This document shows, in pieces, positions 35,737 to 48,812 of a stretch of 64,000 nucleotides of DNA. The position numbers and the translations under genes are program-made. Where the stretch lies: assembly GCA_002633005.1 (NCBI GenBank), contig NMRA01000012.1, positions 671,534-735,533 of the forward strand. The letters are read 5' to 3'. The notes under the pieces were generated by a model. That model had not been told where the DNA came from and ran no database searches. It was given only the letters and a program-made list of their open reading frames with translations. Every line of letters starts with the position of its first letter. Within the stretch, counting starts at the first letter, position 1. The DNA comes from Phoronis australis (Eukaryota > Animalia > Phoronida).

Positions 35737-38115
35737 CTGAAAGACAAAGTCAGTGCACTTGAAAACAAACTGGACCACATGGAGGGCCAAAGCCGACACA
35801 ACAACCTAATCATACACGGCATTAAAGATGAAACGCCAAATACAAACGAACCTTGGGATGTTACAGAAAACAAGGTCAGTAAGTTCATGTCCGGAAAACT
35901 TGAAATATAAAATGCAAATAAAATCCTGATTGAAAGAGCACATAGGCTACGACAAGGATGAGGAGTAGAGGACCGTGATAGTTAAGTTTAACAGCTACAA
36001 AGATAGAGACATGGCCCTGAGAACTGCTCGTCACAAACTTCGTGGTACCCAGTACAAAATATCCGAAGATTTGTCCCCAAAAATAAGGGAAAGCAGGAAG
36101 AAACTCGACCCGTTTCTGATGGAAGCAAATGCAAAGGGAAATCTAGTGCGAATGGACTACGACAAACTCATTATAAACGGAAAGGCGTATAAATATGACG
36201 ACTCCACCAAAAACGTCGTTGAGCTCGGAGCGGGTACGCGAAATGAATAGGATTTAGGCCGAGGTCTACAGTTAAGAGTGAGTAGTTGGGACATAAATGG
36301 GTTAAAAATAAGTTTAACAGAAATGACATCACTGACTACATGAAGTCCTTCGATGTATTAGTACTTCAAGAGACATGGGCACAAAGAGAACAAGATTTCT
36401 CGTTAGACGGGTTTGTGTGTTTCAGCAAAGTAACAACGAAAAGAAAACGTTGTATAAGGACCTCTGGTGGTGTGCTTATTTTTGTAAAAAACGAATTGTC
36501 TGGTTATGTAAATGAGGTGGCATCAGATTCGGAAATGATGATTTGAATTAAATTTGCTGCTGGTGTGAATAAGCCACCACTATATTTAGAGAATATTTAT
36601 ATTTCCCCTCAGGGTTCCAGGCTAGGCTTGCGAATGAACCAATGTTTGACAAAATTGAATCCCTGATTGCACAATTTAAGTCTCACAATCCAAATAGCAA
36701 TGTCATGTTGTGCGGCGATTTCAATGCCCTAACAGCCTCATTAGAAGATTTTGTTAACGATGAGACTGTAGTGCCATTTCTTGAAAATGACTTAAGTGAT
36801 ATGGGTTATGAGCACGATGCCCAGATACTATGGTCGGGAGTTATTGTACCTTTGTAAAAGCTGTAGAATTAGAATTTTAAACGGTCGCAGTGGTAGTGAT
36901 AAAATACCGGTAAATTTACTTTTGTGAATACAAATGAAAGTAGAGTAGTGGACTATTTCATGGTCAGTGATGAAATTATTACCTCAGTCATCGATTTTCA
37001 AGTCGGCGATCAAGTCGACTCTGATCATTTTCCGTTGGAAATGATTATAGATGGGGAAGTTTTGTTCAACTTGCAGGTAAACCGCAACAATACACAGGAA
37101 TCCCACATTGTCAATGGAAAAATAAACAAATGTATAATTTGGAAAGATGAAAATAAAAATAATTATTTTGAAAACTTGCAGTTGGGTGAAGGCGGTGGCT
37201 GTCTGGAAAATATGATATCAAGTCTTCAAAATAACACGAGTAATGTTGACGAGGCCTTAGATTCGATATACAATTTGGTTGTAAAATCAGCCATAAGTTC
37301 TGGTATGAGAAGTACTGAGCCACCAAAACGTAGATCAAAACCAGAAACATGGTTTGATAGAGAATGTCATGATCATAAGTTAATAGTACGTAGTTATTTA
37401 AGGACATACAGACAATATGGAACTGAAGAAAATTTGGCTAAATATAGGGAATATAGCAAGAGGTATAAAAATTACTAAAGACAAAACAAAAAATATTCCG
37501 AGAAAAACTAACCAAAGAATTGTTGGATTCATCGGTGAATGAAAATAAAAAACAATTTTGGAACTTGGTGAAAGGTAAGAAAGAAGAACGGTCTTCAAAT
37601 ATTACACATACACAATGGTATAACAGTTTTAAAAACGTTTATACTTCTCACACTAGAGATTATGGTGTTTCATGTATATGTTGAAAAGTTTAATCATTTC
37701 TATGAGTCAACAGAAGCGGTGCATAACTTGGATGATCAGTCAGTTTTTAATAATATTCTTACTTTTGATGAAGTAGATAAGTTTATGAATGACATGAAAT
37801 TGGGTAAAGCTGCTGGAAATGATGGCATTTCGTTGGAATTTTTCAAGTTCGCAACACCCGCATTTAAACAGTCTCTCGTTTGTCTGTATAATAAAATTTT
37901 TGATACGGGGAATTACCTATCTCAATGGAATACAGGTATTATAGTCCCGGTGTTCAAGTCTGGAAATAAGAATGACCCAGATAACTACAGAGGATTCACG
38001 CTGTTACAGGTGGCTGGCAAGATATTTGCCCGGTTGTTATGTAACCGACTCCATTCATGGGCGGATGCGAACAATATTGTGTGTGAGGCTCAAGCTTGTT
38101 TCAGGAAGGGGTATT
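35737..38115 (+). mobile_element. RTE-X-like LINE, 5' half (ORF1, AP endonuclease, start of RT), degenerate
   Basis: ORF1 SRHNNLIIHGI..IERAHRL..IVKFNSYKDR..ISEDLS. APE LQETW, SGGVLIFVK, CGDFNA, VVDY, SDHFPL. RT GKAAGNDGI..DPDNYRGFTL..EAQACFRKGY, cut at the Polinton end. Confidence 0.9.
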
Positions 38116-38773
38116 AGTAGTATAGTAAGTCATTTAGGAGTCTTACTTTGCGGGTCTCGGTCAAAGGTCATCTATGTGAAAGGAGGTCACGTGGTATAAC
38201 TGCGATCGGGACACCTAGCGGACGGATGTGTCAATGACGTCATGACGTAATAGGTTTAATTAGACAGGCAACTCGTTTTGCGGCTCCTAGCAACGGATTG
38301 AAACAAAAGATGATAAGAACAAAACGTGGATGAGTTCGTGTGCCTGTCGTTGTATATTGTGTGTTCTGTCTCATCAAAAACAAAGGAAAAAGGCGATAAC
38401 CACCCAACCCAACAACAGATGTCGCGTAAAGTCTAACCCAGGCCCCGACGGTACTGAGCGAATCGTACTAATAATACTACTAATAATAAGAAGCGACCAG
38501 CTAACGCAGAACATAAAACCGATAGCGTTTAAACGTGTATTAATGACAAACCAACACTACAAATATCATACAAATATAAAATCATCAAAACGTTCAGAAA
38601 AGTAGTCTATAGCAAATTTATCTTGCAGGTAGGTATAGTGTTGGGAATAGTCTGACCAACTAAGACAGAAAAGAAACTTTTCAGGTTTAACCGAGTATTA
38701 CTAACGGCATACAAAATTGAATAAAAGTAGATGAATGCGAAGTGTGACGTCAAGTTTTCGTTCACAAATATAA
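38116..38773 (+). mobile_element. Polinton left terminus (TIR variant 2) running into the assembly gap
   Basis: AGTAGTATAGTAAGTCATTTAGGAGTCTTACTTTGCGGG is the exact reverse complement of the end at 15303. Preceded by GGTATT. The rest is colinear with 6322-7076. Confidence 0.9.
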
Positions 38774-41700
38774 NNNNNNNNNNNNNNNNNNNNNNNNNNN
38801 NNNNNNNNNNNNNNNNNNNNNNNNNNNNNNNNNNNNNNNNNNNNNNNNNNNNNNNNNNNNNNNNNNNNNNNNNNNNNNNNNNNNNNNNNNNNNNNNNNNN
38901 NNNNNNNNNNNNNNNNNNNNNNNNNNNNNNNNNNNNNNNNNNNNNNNNNNNNNNNNNNNNNNNNNNNNNNNNNNNNNNNNNNNNNNNNNNNNNNNNNNNN
39001 NNNNNNNNNNNNNNNNNNNNNNNNNNNNNNNNNNNNNNNNNNNNNNNNNNNNNNNNNNNNNNNNNNNNNNNNNNNNNNNNNNNNNNNNNNNNNNNNNNNN
39101 NNNNNNNNNNNNNNNNNNNNNNNNNNNNNNNNNNNNNNNNNNNNNNNNNNNNNNNNNNNNNNNNNNNNNNNNNNNNNNNNNNNNNNNNNNNNNNNNNNNN
39201 NNNNNNNNNNNNNNNNNNNNNNNNNNNNNNNNNNNNNNNNNNNNNNNNNNNNNNNNNNNNNNNNNNNNNNNNNNNNNNNNNNNNNNNNNNNNNNNNNNNN
39301 NNNNNNNNNNNNNNNNNNNNNNNNNNNNNNNNNNNNNNNNNNNNNNNNNNNNNNNNNNNNNNNNNNNNNNNNNNNNNNNNNNNNNNNNNNNNNNNNNNNN
39401 NNNNNNNNNNNNNNNNNNNNNNNNNNNNNNNNNNNNNNNNNNNNNNNNNNNNNNNNNNNNNNNNNNNNNNNNNNNNNNNNNNNNNNNNNNNNNNNNNNNN
39501 NNNNNNNNNNNNNNNNNNNNNNNNNNNNNNNNNNNNNNNNNNNNNNNNNNNNNNNNNNNNNNNNNNNNNNNNNNNNNNNNNNNNNNNNNNNNNNNNNNNN
39601 NNNNNNNNNNNNNNNNNNNNNNNNNNNNNNNNNNNNNNNNNNNNNNNNNNNNNNNNNNNNNNNNCCCCTCCCCGCTCGGCGCCACGCGCCTCGGATTCGA
39701 CCTTTGCGGGAATCCTAAACCCCCCCTTACTGAAAACGTAGATCCGCCACTGAAGCCTTTATATGCACCCCACTCACGTACGTTACTACCGTTATCGTAA
39801 CCCTCCGTGACTCAGAACAAACACGAAAATGAGTTGGTCGTGCTCAAGTCTTATCGTTGGACATTGCGACTGTGCAATTTTGACATCTCAGTTCTTTTGA
39901 GTCATAATTAACGCAGTTGCTCTTCCAACACAGTTGCAATTTGTGTATGTATTAAAATAGGCAACGGCTGAACTGCATGCGGTGCCAGTTGACTGCACGT
40001 GAATGTGAACGACTTCTGCCAATTCTGGATTCAGGCAAGCATTGTTTCAGAGACGATTGCATTATCAATTCGAGTGAGCGAAATACCAGCTTCTTCTCAA
40101 AAGAACGCGATGGCGTTCCATATAGGATGTGGGATTCACACGATCTCCTAGCGACACCAACGTGGTGCTTGAACAACCCTTGAACACTCAGTGGACAACC
40201 AGCGCCACCATGGACGGTACAGTGAAATTAGACCACAGCCAAAGACGTAGGCGTGCTACGACATATTATTCATTAACGTTATTTGAACAAAAGCCCTGCC
40301 TGGAAGATACATTTACACCTAACTTATACAGAATAATTTGATTTAGTATTGCAATCACTTAGTCGCAGACGCTTGTATTAATCACAAAAATTTATACAAT
40401 GGGGACTGATTACCTCTGAATAACAGACCTGACAGGACCAACAGAATGAAAAAGAAAAGACAAGATAAACCTAGCAACCTTGAGGGGTTTGTTTTTATTT
40501 ATCATCATCACAGTTCATCAAGAGACATGCAAGCAGTCTTGACAATGACAGCTGTTCGACAGTTCTGGCAATTAATGCCAACATCAATTGCATATTACAC
40601 TGGCAATACACTAGAGAACATTTAGGAACATCAGACGATTGTTTAGATACTAATTCTTTCCAATTGAGATGAATTTCAATCAATGTCAGATAATTAAAGC
40701 AGAAATAAACCCACGTTGCGTGGATGAAACTCATTGTGATTTGGACCACTTAGCACTATGAAATTTGTCTCAACTTGTTCTTTACATAAATGAGATGTGA
40801 CTTTTGAACTTGCATCAACTCGCATATCATTATTGTTTGAGATCGTGTGCGCCATGTCTTATGCAATAACGAACTGTGAGTTCTTTCCAAGCGCAGACAT
40901 CACACTTGTTTTGAATGAGGACACCAACTTGAGACCAACTTCATAACAGTAAGTGGTCTGAATCAAAAGTTGTTCTTATCACAGAAGGTAGGTTTATAGC
41001 CACTTTCTTATAAAATTGAAGAAAAATTTAAATGAAGAGTCTGACCTCATGGTACCCGGCACCTTTAAGCACTCCCTACTGATAAGTTTCAGTTTCTGAT
41101 GTCGTTCACCATGAGGTATTATTCTGTGAAAAGTATTTTATAAAATAAAGTTGCTTACAATGAAACAGGACAACAGAATTGCATAACAAATGTCATTACT
41201 TCAACAAGTAGTACAAGCAATAACTCTTTCTTCACAAATATTCTAAAGTTTCCGCCAGACCCATCAATTCCAGTGTTTCAAAAACTTAGAAGCCACACAG
41301 ACCACCATTTTCGAACACCATCAACAGAGCTGAAGTGGTATGGAAACGATTTCAGAAGTTTTCGGTTTTAAAATACAGTAAGCTAGCATTACTGATATTG
41401 CATAATTAAGATTCTAGACGGGTAAAGATCAAGCGTTTCTTTATCACTAAACTTGCCACAGTAACATTTAATTTGGCAGTATTTGACCTGTTAATCTTAC
41501 TGCTATGTGTGTGGCTTTCACCGTAAACCAAGCAAGGTCCTTTCGAACACTGAGGTTTTCCCAGTGGAGGTCTATGATTCTGTCCACAGGGCACATCTTC
41601 TGTACGAGAACTCCCAGGGGTTTGATTATGAAGGTTAACTGTCTCATAACGTAATTATGTCATTTCTGGAGAGGCTTTAAAACCGTGACCACCTGTACAT

Positions 41701-42080
41701 CCGCCACAGTTCTTAGTAAAGTAATGAAGCACAGCACATCATAATGAACCAGTATTAAAAAACACTATTACTGAACTGAAAGATTTTGCACTGTTTCAAG
41801 ATCATTGGCCAACTTGCACGCATTTGACGCAACCTTCACATAAGATAGTGTTCAAATGAATGAGATCCAGAATGCGTCGAACAATGGATACCACAAATTC
41901 CCTTTATCACTTCTGCTAAAAAGGCAGGCCAGAGTTATTACGATCTTGAAGATCATAATGACCTTGTCGTGGTTAAATGTATTTGAATACATAAAACCAA
42001 AGTACATGTCAGTAGTGAACCTTTTAACATCTTTAAAACATTTGAGTCCTTCACTCCTCTTTAAGTAGCAGGTGGATGAT

Positions 42081-42125
42081 CTAGGCCTTTTTATCACCTA
42101 AATCGTCCATATTGTCCTCATCAAT
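42081..42125 (-). CDS. DENR: DENR coding exon 5 (IDEDNMDDLGDKKA*)
   Basis: TTGCAG acceptor, phase 0. Matches the DENR C-terminus (VDDDSIEDLGEVKK-like). Confidence 0.9.
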   Translation of the reverse strand: MDEDNMDDLGDKKA

Positions 42126-42953
42126 CTGCAACAGAATTAATCACAATAAAAACTTTATGACCAGATCACTGAAAGCACTCCTCATATTGAAATCGATCCC
42201 TAATCCAACCGTTGCCATGGCAAAGCTTAATAATAGTCTTTTGGCACAGAAGTGACTTGGATCATACCCTACTTGACAAACCACCTGAGGGCAAAATGAA
42301 AATAGTTTCTTATTATGACTATGGCTTCTCAATCAATTAATCCATAGCAAATAAAGACTGCTAATTGGGTTAGAAAAGTAATCTTTCTTCCATACGTCAG
42401 CAATTTTTTAACACTTCCACTATTGTAAAGAGACGAAACTGTGTTGCATTTAATAATTCTTGGCGCCACTAAATTATTTTGTTTATCAAAACCTATCTCA
42501 GATGTACATTTTACTTCAGTTAAATCCTCTACAAACTGACTGTAAAGTAAGAAAAGGAATCCTAGACTCTTGTCCTTGCTCACCTGAACTGGGTAAATAA
42601 AAATTAAAAAAAATCTGAATTTTTAAAAGTGCACTTCTCAATTCTACTAACCTGTTACAACAATAATAACAATGATGGTGATTCAAACAAAACATTTTTC
42701 TAAAAAATTTTTTCGTCCAAAACAACAGATTGGGCAGAATGCAATATCTCAGTGTCACGACAGCAGAAATGAAAGTGTTAGAAAGCGGCACTATAACTTA
42801 GAATGAAAGCGGCACTATAACTTAGAAGTTCAAGAATAAATGAGAAACCTTTATAAAACCAGGTGTCGAAATAGAAATCGTCAGAAGCGAGCGCTTGTCT
42901 GAACAGGTATGATGTGTTGAATAACACATGGTTTACTCCAACTGAGGTCTCAC

Positions 42954-43093
42954 CTGGGGCCATTTCTCAGGTATGAGGTCCCATAGATCAAGCTTGACGT
43001 TACCCTGGATCTGTATTTCATCCTCCCCAGTGATGGAAGATCCACAGGCGAACCTGGCACCGAAGAATTTACTAGCTTCTTTTAAATTAATAC
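42954..43093 (-). CDS. DENR: DENR coding exon 4 (SUI1 domain)
   Basis: [47 protein letters not shown], with CTGCAG acceptor and GTGAG donor. Confidence 0.95.
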
Positions 43094-43398
43094 CTGCAGA
43101 AATAGGATAGAATAATTCATGATGGACGCCTGTTCACAACAGACAGGATGACCAAATCGCACTTAAAAGGTATAAAAATATTGTTTACCATCTATTGTAA
43201 ATAACATAAATATTTACAGTTAATGCATGAATAGATTATTTTACGATAGGTTCTATTCACACGCGCATTCACTCATGACAGGCCTTTAAAACTGGCATGA
43301 AAGAGACAACGCCCCCTACCAGCTGAAGGAATCACTGGTAACACATTGAAAAGTGAAAGTATGCCACACATAAACGCACAAGATAACTCTACACTCAC

Positions 43399-43584
43399 CA
43401 TATGAGGCTAATCCTGTAACTATGGTAACACTTTTCTTTTTGCCCTTCATGGCTGTAGACAGGCATACTGTTTGTGGTTCTGTTGCCTTCTTTTTTGGTT
43501 TCACTGCGCCCCGTCCCCCTCGCGTCTGCCTCTTCTTTTTCTCCTCACCATCCCCCTCAGCTGCCTCACCAGAGGCTGCATCCG
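43399..43584 (-). CDS. DENR: DENR coding exon 3
   Basis: DAASGE..EEKKKRQTRGGRG..KKK..KGKKKSVTIVTGLASY, with TTCTAG acceptor and GTGAGT donor, phase 1-1. Confidence 0.95.
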
Positions 43585-44139
43585 CTAGAACATTTATTAC
43601 AAATACGGTCAATGTTGACAAAGTGTTAATCTAAACATTTGACATTACTCGCATTTTATTAAATACACGTGCTTTCACGCCAAAAATCTAGGCTACTTTG
43701 CCACTAATACCATGCTTTAAACTGATTATACTTAATGCTCAGAAATTATTTTTTCATTTCACTGATACAAGAATGATTTTTGAGAAATGTGTGCACGGGT
43801 CAATCATCAACATGGCCTGAAATATATACAGGCTAATTTGGAGGACCAATGGGCCACGTTAGTGTGTGCATGTGCGCACGTGCGTGTGTGCATGAGCGTG
43901 TGTGTATGATATCGTCTTTTACCTCCACACGTTACCCTATGATTAGTGATTGATTTAAATGGCTAACAGTAAACCAAATATTCATGTAAGCACCAGTAGG
44001 GATGTCAATGTTTTCACGTACAATATGCTTGACCCCCATGCTAGCTTTGTTGTTTTGGTCAGTGACATTAGTTTTGGTCACCTGCTCTGCATTGTCCTTG
44101 TATTAGAATCTGAAAGCAATGCGAATTCAAAATAAAATA

Positions 44140-44295
44140 CAGGGGCAGATCCAGGATTTTTATTTAGTGGGGCCAGGGCAGAGTATTAGCCAGGATTTTG
44201 CCTGTCAGACATTCACACCTCTGAACTGCCAAATGGAACATGGGGGAGTTTTGGGGGGGCATGGCCCCCATGGCCCCCCTCTAAGTCCGCCACTG
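44140..44295. mobile_element. MITE of the 33821 family, 5 bp TSD AAATA
   Basis: CAGGGGCAGATCC...AGTCCGCCACTG flanked by AAATA. A partial third copy ends at 39752. Confidence 0.8.
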
Positions 44296-45196
44296 AAATA
44301 AAATAAAATAAAGTGCGATAGCCACTCAATTTTTATGCATCTGTTGGCCTAACTTAAACAATCAGGGTTTGTCAATGATTTTTTCAATCAGTAGGACTGT
44401 CCAGTGCTGCAGTGCGATATTGTGGATGATACTATAATTGGATAATCAGGACATCTTACATGAAAAATAGAATGTTTTTCCACCACAAAGTTTGGTAAGT
44501 TGATCGTTAAAGAATTAGTAGAAATATTGTTTTTTTTGACATCTTACCTTGTGTGTCTTGGTCTAAGACTTTCTTTGATGCATACGGAAATGTTGCAAAA
44601 GTAGCCAAAAACACTAGCCAATGAAACGCGTCAAAGATCAACTCTGAATTATCACACGTTCACGCGACACGTTTACAAGTCAACGAGAGGGCTGTTCTCT
44701 CTCTTTGTGTTCTTTTGAATTTGATTTGGCAAATCCAAATAATGACCAGATTCACACGAGTTGATGTATGTTTGCCGACTGTAAAAACTCAGTTCGTATA
44801 CACTGGAAATTACACGTTGTGACTTGATACAAGCTGGCCAAAATCTCTTCTTGCATTTCCAAATTTAAGGTCACAAGTGTGACCTGCAGCTCATTATGCC
44901 GAATGCTGACCCCGTTGATTACAATAATACCATTTCACACAGGCTCTGAAGTCACTCCACAAAGGTAGGTCAATTAGGATACAAGTGCCCAAATTATTTA
45001 CAGGACTGGTATCTCAACCCAAGGTAATGACACCACCTGTATGCCAGGCCGGCACAGACAGTGGTGTTCCTCAGTGGAACAATTTATGGAAATGTAGGCG
45101 TATCCTAGGCAAATGTGAGTCAATTTTGACCAAAAACATACGGTTGTGGTTGACATCAGCAGGTAATTTGTAATTAATTTTCAAAATCAAAATAGA

Positions 45197-46926
45197 AACA
45201 AGAGCAACGCGGAGCGTTGAAATGCACCCACGAATACATTGCAAATGGTGCGCTTTTAGGGTTGTTTATTTGTATCATAAAAATGGCCACTAGATGGCGC
45301 AAAAACATACAATCCATTCAAAAACAAGAACATGCCATATTTCATAAAAATCTGACAAGGAACTTCAGAGAAACAAAGGAAAACAGAATAAAATGAAATT
45401 GCCACTAGTGGGCACAGTGTCCGTTGGATCCGCCTGAAAATCGTCGTCGTCTGTTGTTATCTTCATATAAATACACTTACTAAATTTAGTAAAGATCCTG
45501 CAGTGGGTTTAGGAGATACAACTATGGGCGCGAAACAAAACTACCACTAGGAGGGGCCACAGTAGTCAGTCACCATCATCAAAGGTCATCTTCACATTGA
45601 GAACATATATGCCAATTTTCAAATGATTTGGTTGATACAGGGGTGGACACCAAAAACAAGATTTGAAAACAGCAAAAAAATGGCCACTAGGTGGTGCAAA
45701 ATACCTCGATTCCATCCAAAAACAGGAAAATAGCGTCATCACACCAATAGATGCCTATATTTAAAAATTTATGAAAATCTGTTGAGGACCTTTGAAGATA
45801 CTGAGTTAAATGTAAAAAAATTAAAAGTGCCACTAGGGGGCACAGCAGTAGTAAGATCTGTCCGAAAGTCGTCGTCATCCGTAGTCAACATCATATAAAT
45901 ACACTTGCTAAATTAACGGTTTAGGAGATACAGCCATAGGCGTAACAAAAACAAAACTGCCACTAGGAGGTGCCACAGTAGTCAAAATTGTCGGAAAATC
46001 ATCATCAACCGTCCTCTTTATAGTAAGCAAATACATGCCAATTTTCACAATCATCCTTTGAGCGGTTTGGTTGATAGAGGGGTGGATACAAAAAACAGAC
46101 TCGAAAACAGTAAAAATGGCCACTAGGTGGCCCAAACTAGGTCGAATCCATCCGAAAATGGAAGGATAGCGTCACCTCACTAATAGGTGCCTACATATTA
46201 AATTTCATGAAAATCTGTTAAGGACTTTTGAAGATACAAAGGTAAACGTAAAAAAAATAAAATTGCCACTAGGGGGCACACCGGTAGTCGGATCTGTCCA
46301 AAAGTCGTCGTCAATTGTTAACATCACATAAATATACTTACTAAATTTCGTAAAGATCCTGCGAACGGTTTAGGAGATACAGCCATAGACGCAAAAAAAA
46401 AACAAAACTACCACTAGGACTGTCTAGGAGGCGCCACAGTAATCAAAATCATTGGAAAATCAACGTCAATTGTCCTCTTCATAGTAAGCACATACATGCC
46501 AATTTTCACAATCATCCTTTGAGCAGTTTGGTTGATAGAGAGGTGGACGCAAAAAAACAATAAAAATGGCCACTAGGTGGCGCAAACTATGTTGAATCCA
46601 TCCGAAAACGGGAGGATAGTGTCACCTCACTAATAGGTGCCTACATGCCAAATTTCATGAAAATCCATTTAGGACTTTTGAAGATACAAAGGTAAGCGTA
46701 AAAAACTAAAATTGCCACTAGGGGGCACACCAGTAGTCCAATTCGTCCGAAAGTTTGCTCATGCCGTCCCATTCATAAATGGAACATATGTGCCAAATTT
46801 CATGAACGTAAGTCAAAGGGTTTTGGAGATAGAGCAGCGGATGCTGGACAGACACCGCCAGGACGGACGGACAGACGGACGGAGATGACAGCACAATGCG
46901 TCCACATATAAATATGTGGGCACAAA
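45197..46926 (+). mobile_element. Helentron/HINE-like non-autonomous element with an internal ~145 bp x3 higher-order array
   Basis: 5' AACAAGAGC, subterminal TGCACCCAC, tandem core units, (GACG)n microsatellite, 3' hairpin CCACATAT-AA-ATATGTGG followed by an A-run. Confidence 0.75.
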
Positions 46927-48421
46927 AAAATACAACAGTTGAAATAACCAAATGCTCAGGCACATTCCACTCACAGATATCTGATGGTTTATCACTGCCG
47001 GAAATCAAAAACAAGCTGAAACGTAAACACAACCCTACATACTTGTAAGGTGGCCATCCACAGTAACCTACCCCAACTTACGAATGGATGCAGGACTTCA
47101 GGCACTGAGCGGAATGACTGACTTTCGTGTACTTGGTAAGGATGTGCTGTTAGAGCTTATTACTATAGTTCAGTCCTATAGATGAGCCAGTTACCTGAAT
47201 GGTTGGTGCTTGTGTACGAATTATTTTTGCTGATACAGATATGAACTGTTTTTCCCTGGATACCTACTATACAAACTATTAAACAGAAATACAATGTTTG
47301 AGGAGTGGTGTACGAACTGTTAGAGATATCACCATATTTTGCAGTTCACTTATTTGCATGAGGATACTTAGCGTAAATTAATTACCTCACTCAATTCATA
47401 CGTGATCAATTTTGCACTATGGAAAGTACAAACACAAAACCTGAAATGTGGAAATTTTTAATTTCTTTAAACGCACTAAAATTAGACATTTTACTCCCAT
47501 CACCCAATCCTTGCGTTTCAAAACACCTTAATGAACTTTAGAAATAAATTCTGTTCAGACTATTGCAACCTCATGCCTTACACAAAATGCCAGCACATTA
47601 GTGAATTTTATTTGTGACCAGACAAAAAATGCCTTACTTTGTGACAACATTACAGGATGTAGACCTGTGTTAGCTTCACATTCAATAGTCATGACAAGTA
47701 GACTTGAAACTTGTACGACAAAGCGTGACCCACTGTTTGGCATTGTACTGAGAAAAATGACAAATCACCCTCACTGTTACTTGACATACGCGATCAGACA
47801 TAAAAGGAAAAAACTATGACTTAAGCGCAATCTAGAAAATAAAAGGTTACCAGTTAACAGATCGCAATGATCAGAAAAGATAGTAATCTTCATCAATCAC
47901 TTCGTGATTAGCCAAGAAAATTAGTCTACTTAGAAGACGATTGCCACAACTAGATTATTAACGAACACGGCAGGATTTGGCGTAACACTGGGAAGGTGCG
48001 TTGGCTAATTAAAATCAATACTCTGAAAAGTAACGAAACACATTTAGTCTTAATTATTCACCTGGCTATGCGAGAGTGTCGTCACTTTTGATTGTAAGAA
48101 TCAAGAGCTGTAACAGCTGTTTCCAAATGATTAATGAAATAATCGTGCATCAAAGAAGAAACAGGAGGCACCATTTAAATGTCCAATTATACAGTTGATG
48201 TAGATTTAATGGGATCTACTAGATTCAGGGGAGAGGCAAAAATGTGATCAGTGGCGAAAGTGCTGGCCTTTTAACCTGGTAGACACGCCGTTAGCAATGG
48301 GTACACCTGCACCAGCTCTCAATTCATCTTCTCACCACCTGTGACTTTTAAAACAGGGACTGAACTAGAATTCCAACATGCAAAAGTATTCTTTTAAGCA
48401 ACAATAACCAGAGGAATGTTT

Positions 48422-48812
48422 ATGACCTCACCAAGACTAGCGGTGATCTCACCAAGATTTGTGTGACCTCACCAAGACAAATGTGATATCACCACTTAAG
48501 ACTAATGTGATATCACCAAGACATGTGTGATCTTACCAAGACATGTGTGATATCACCAAGACATGTGTGATATCACCAAGACATGTGTGATATCACCAAG
48601 ACATGTGTGATCTTACCAAGACAACTGTGATTATCGAGACCGATGTGATCCTACCAAGACAAACGTGATCTCACCAAGACTAACGTGATCTCACAAAGAC
48701 TTGTGTGATCACCAAGCCCACTGTGATTATCAAGACTCATGTCATATCACCAAGACTTGAGTTATCTCATCAATACTTGCATTATCTCTTCAAGACTTGC
48801 GTAATCTCACAA
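48422..48812. repeat. ~20 bp minisatellite (TCACCAAGACATGTGTGATA)
   Basis: About 19 visible units, most homogeneous in the centre. Confidence 0.9.

Noticed and set aside
38731-39741. Long ORFs of 307-336 aa
   Set aside because: They are artefacts of translating the N gap.
48422-48812. CRISPR-like regular repeats
   Set aside because: Head-to-tail minisatellite with no unique spacers and no cas genes, in eukaryotic context.
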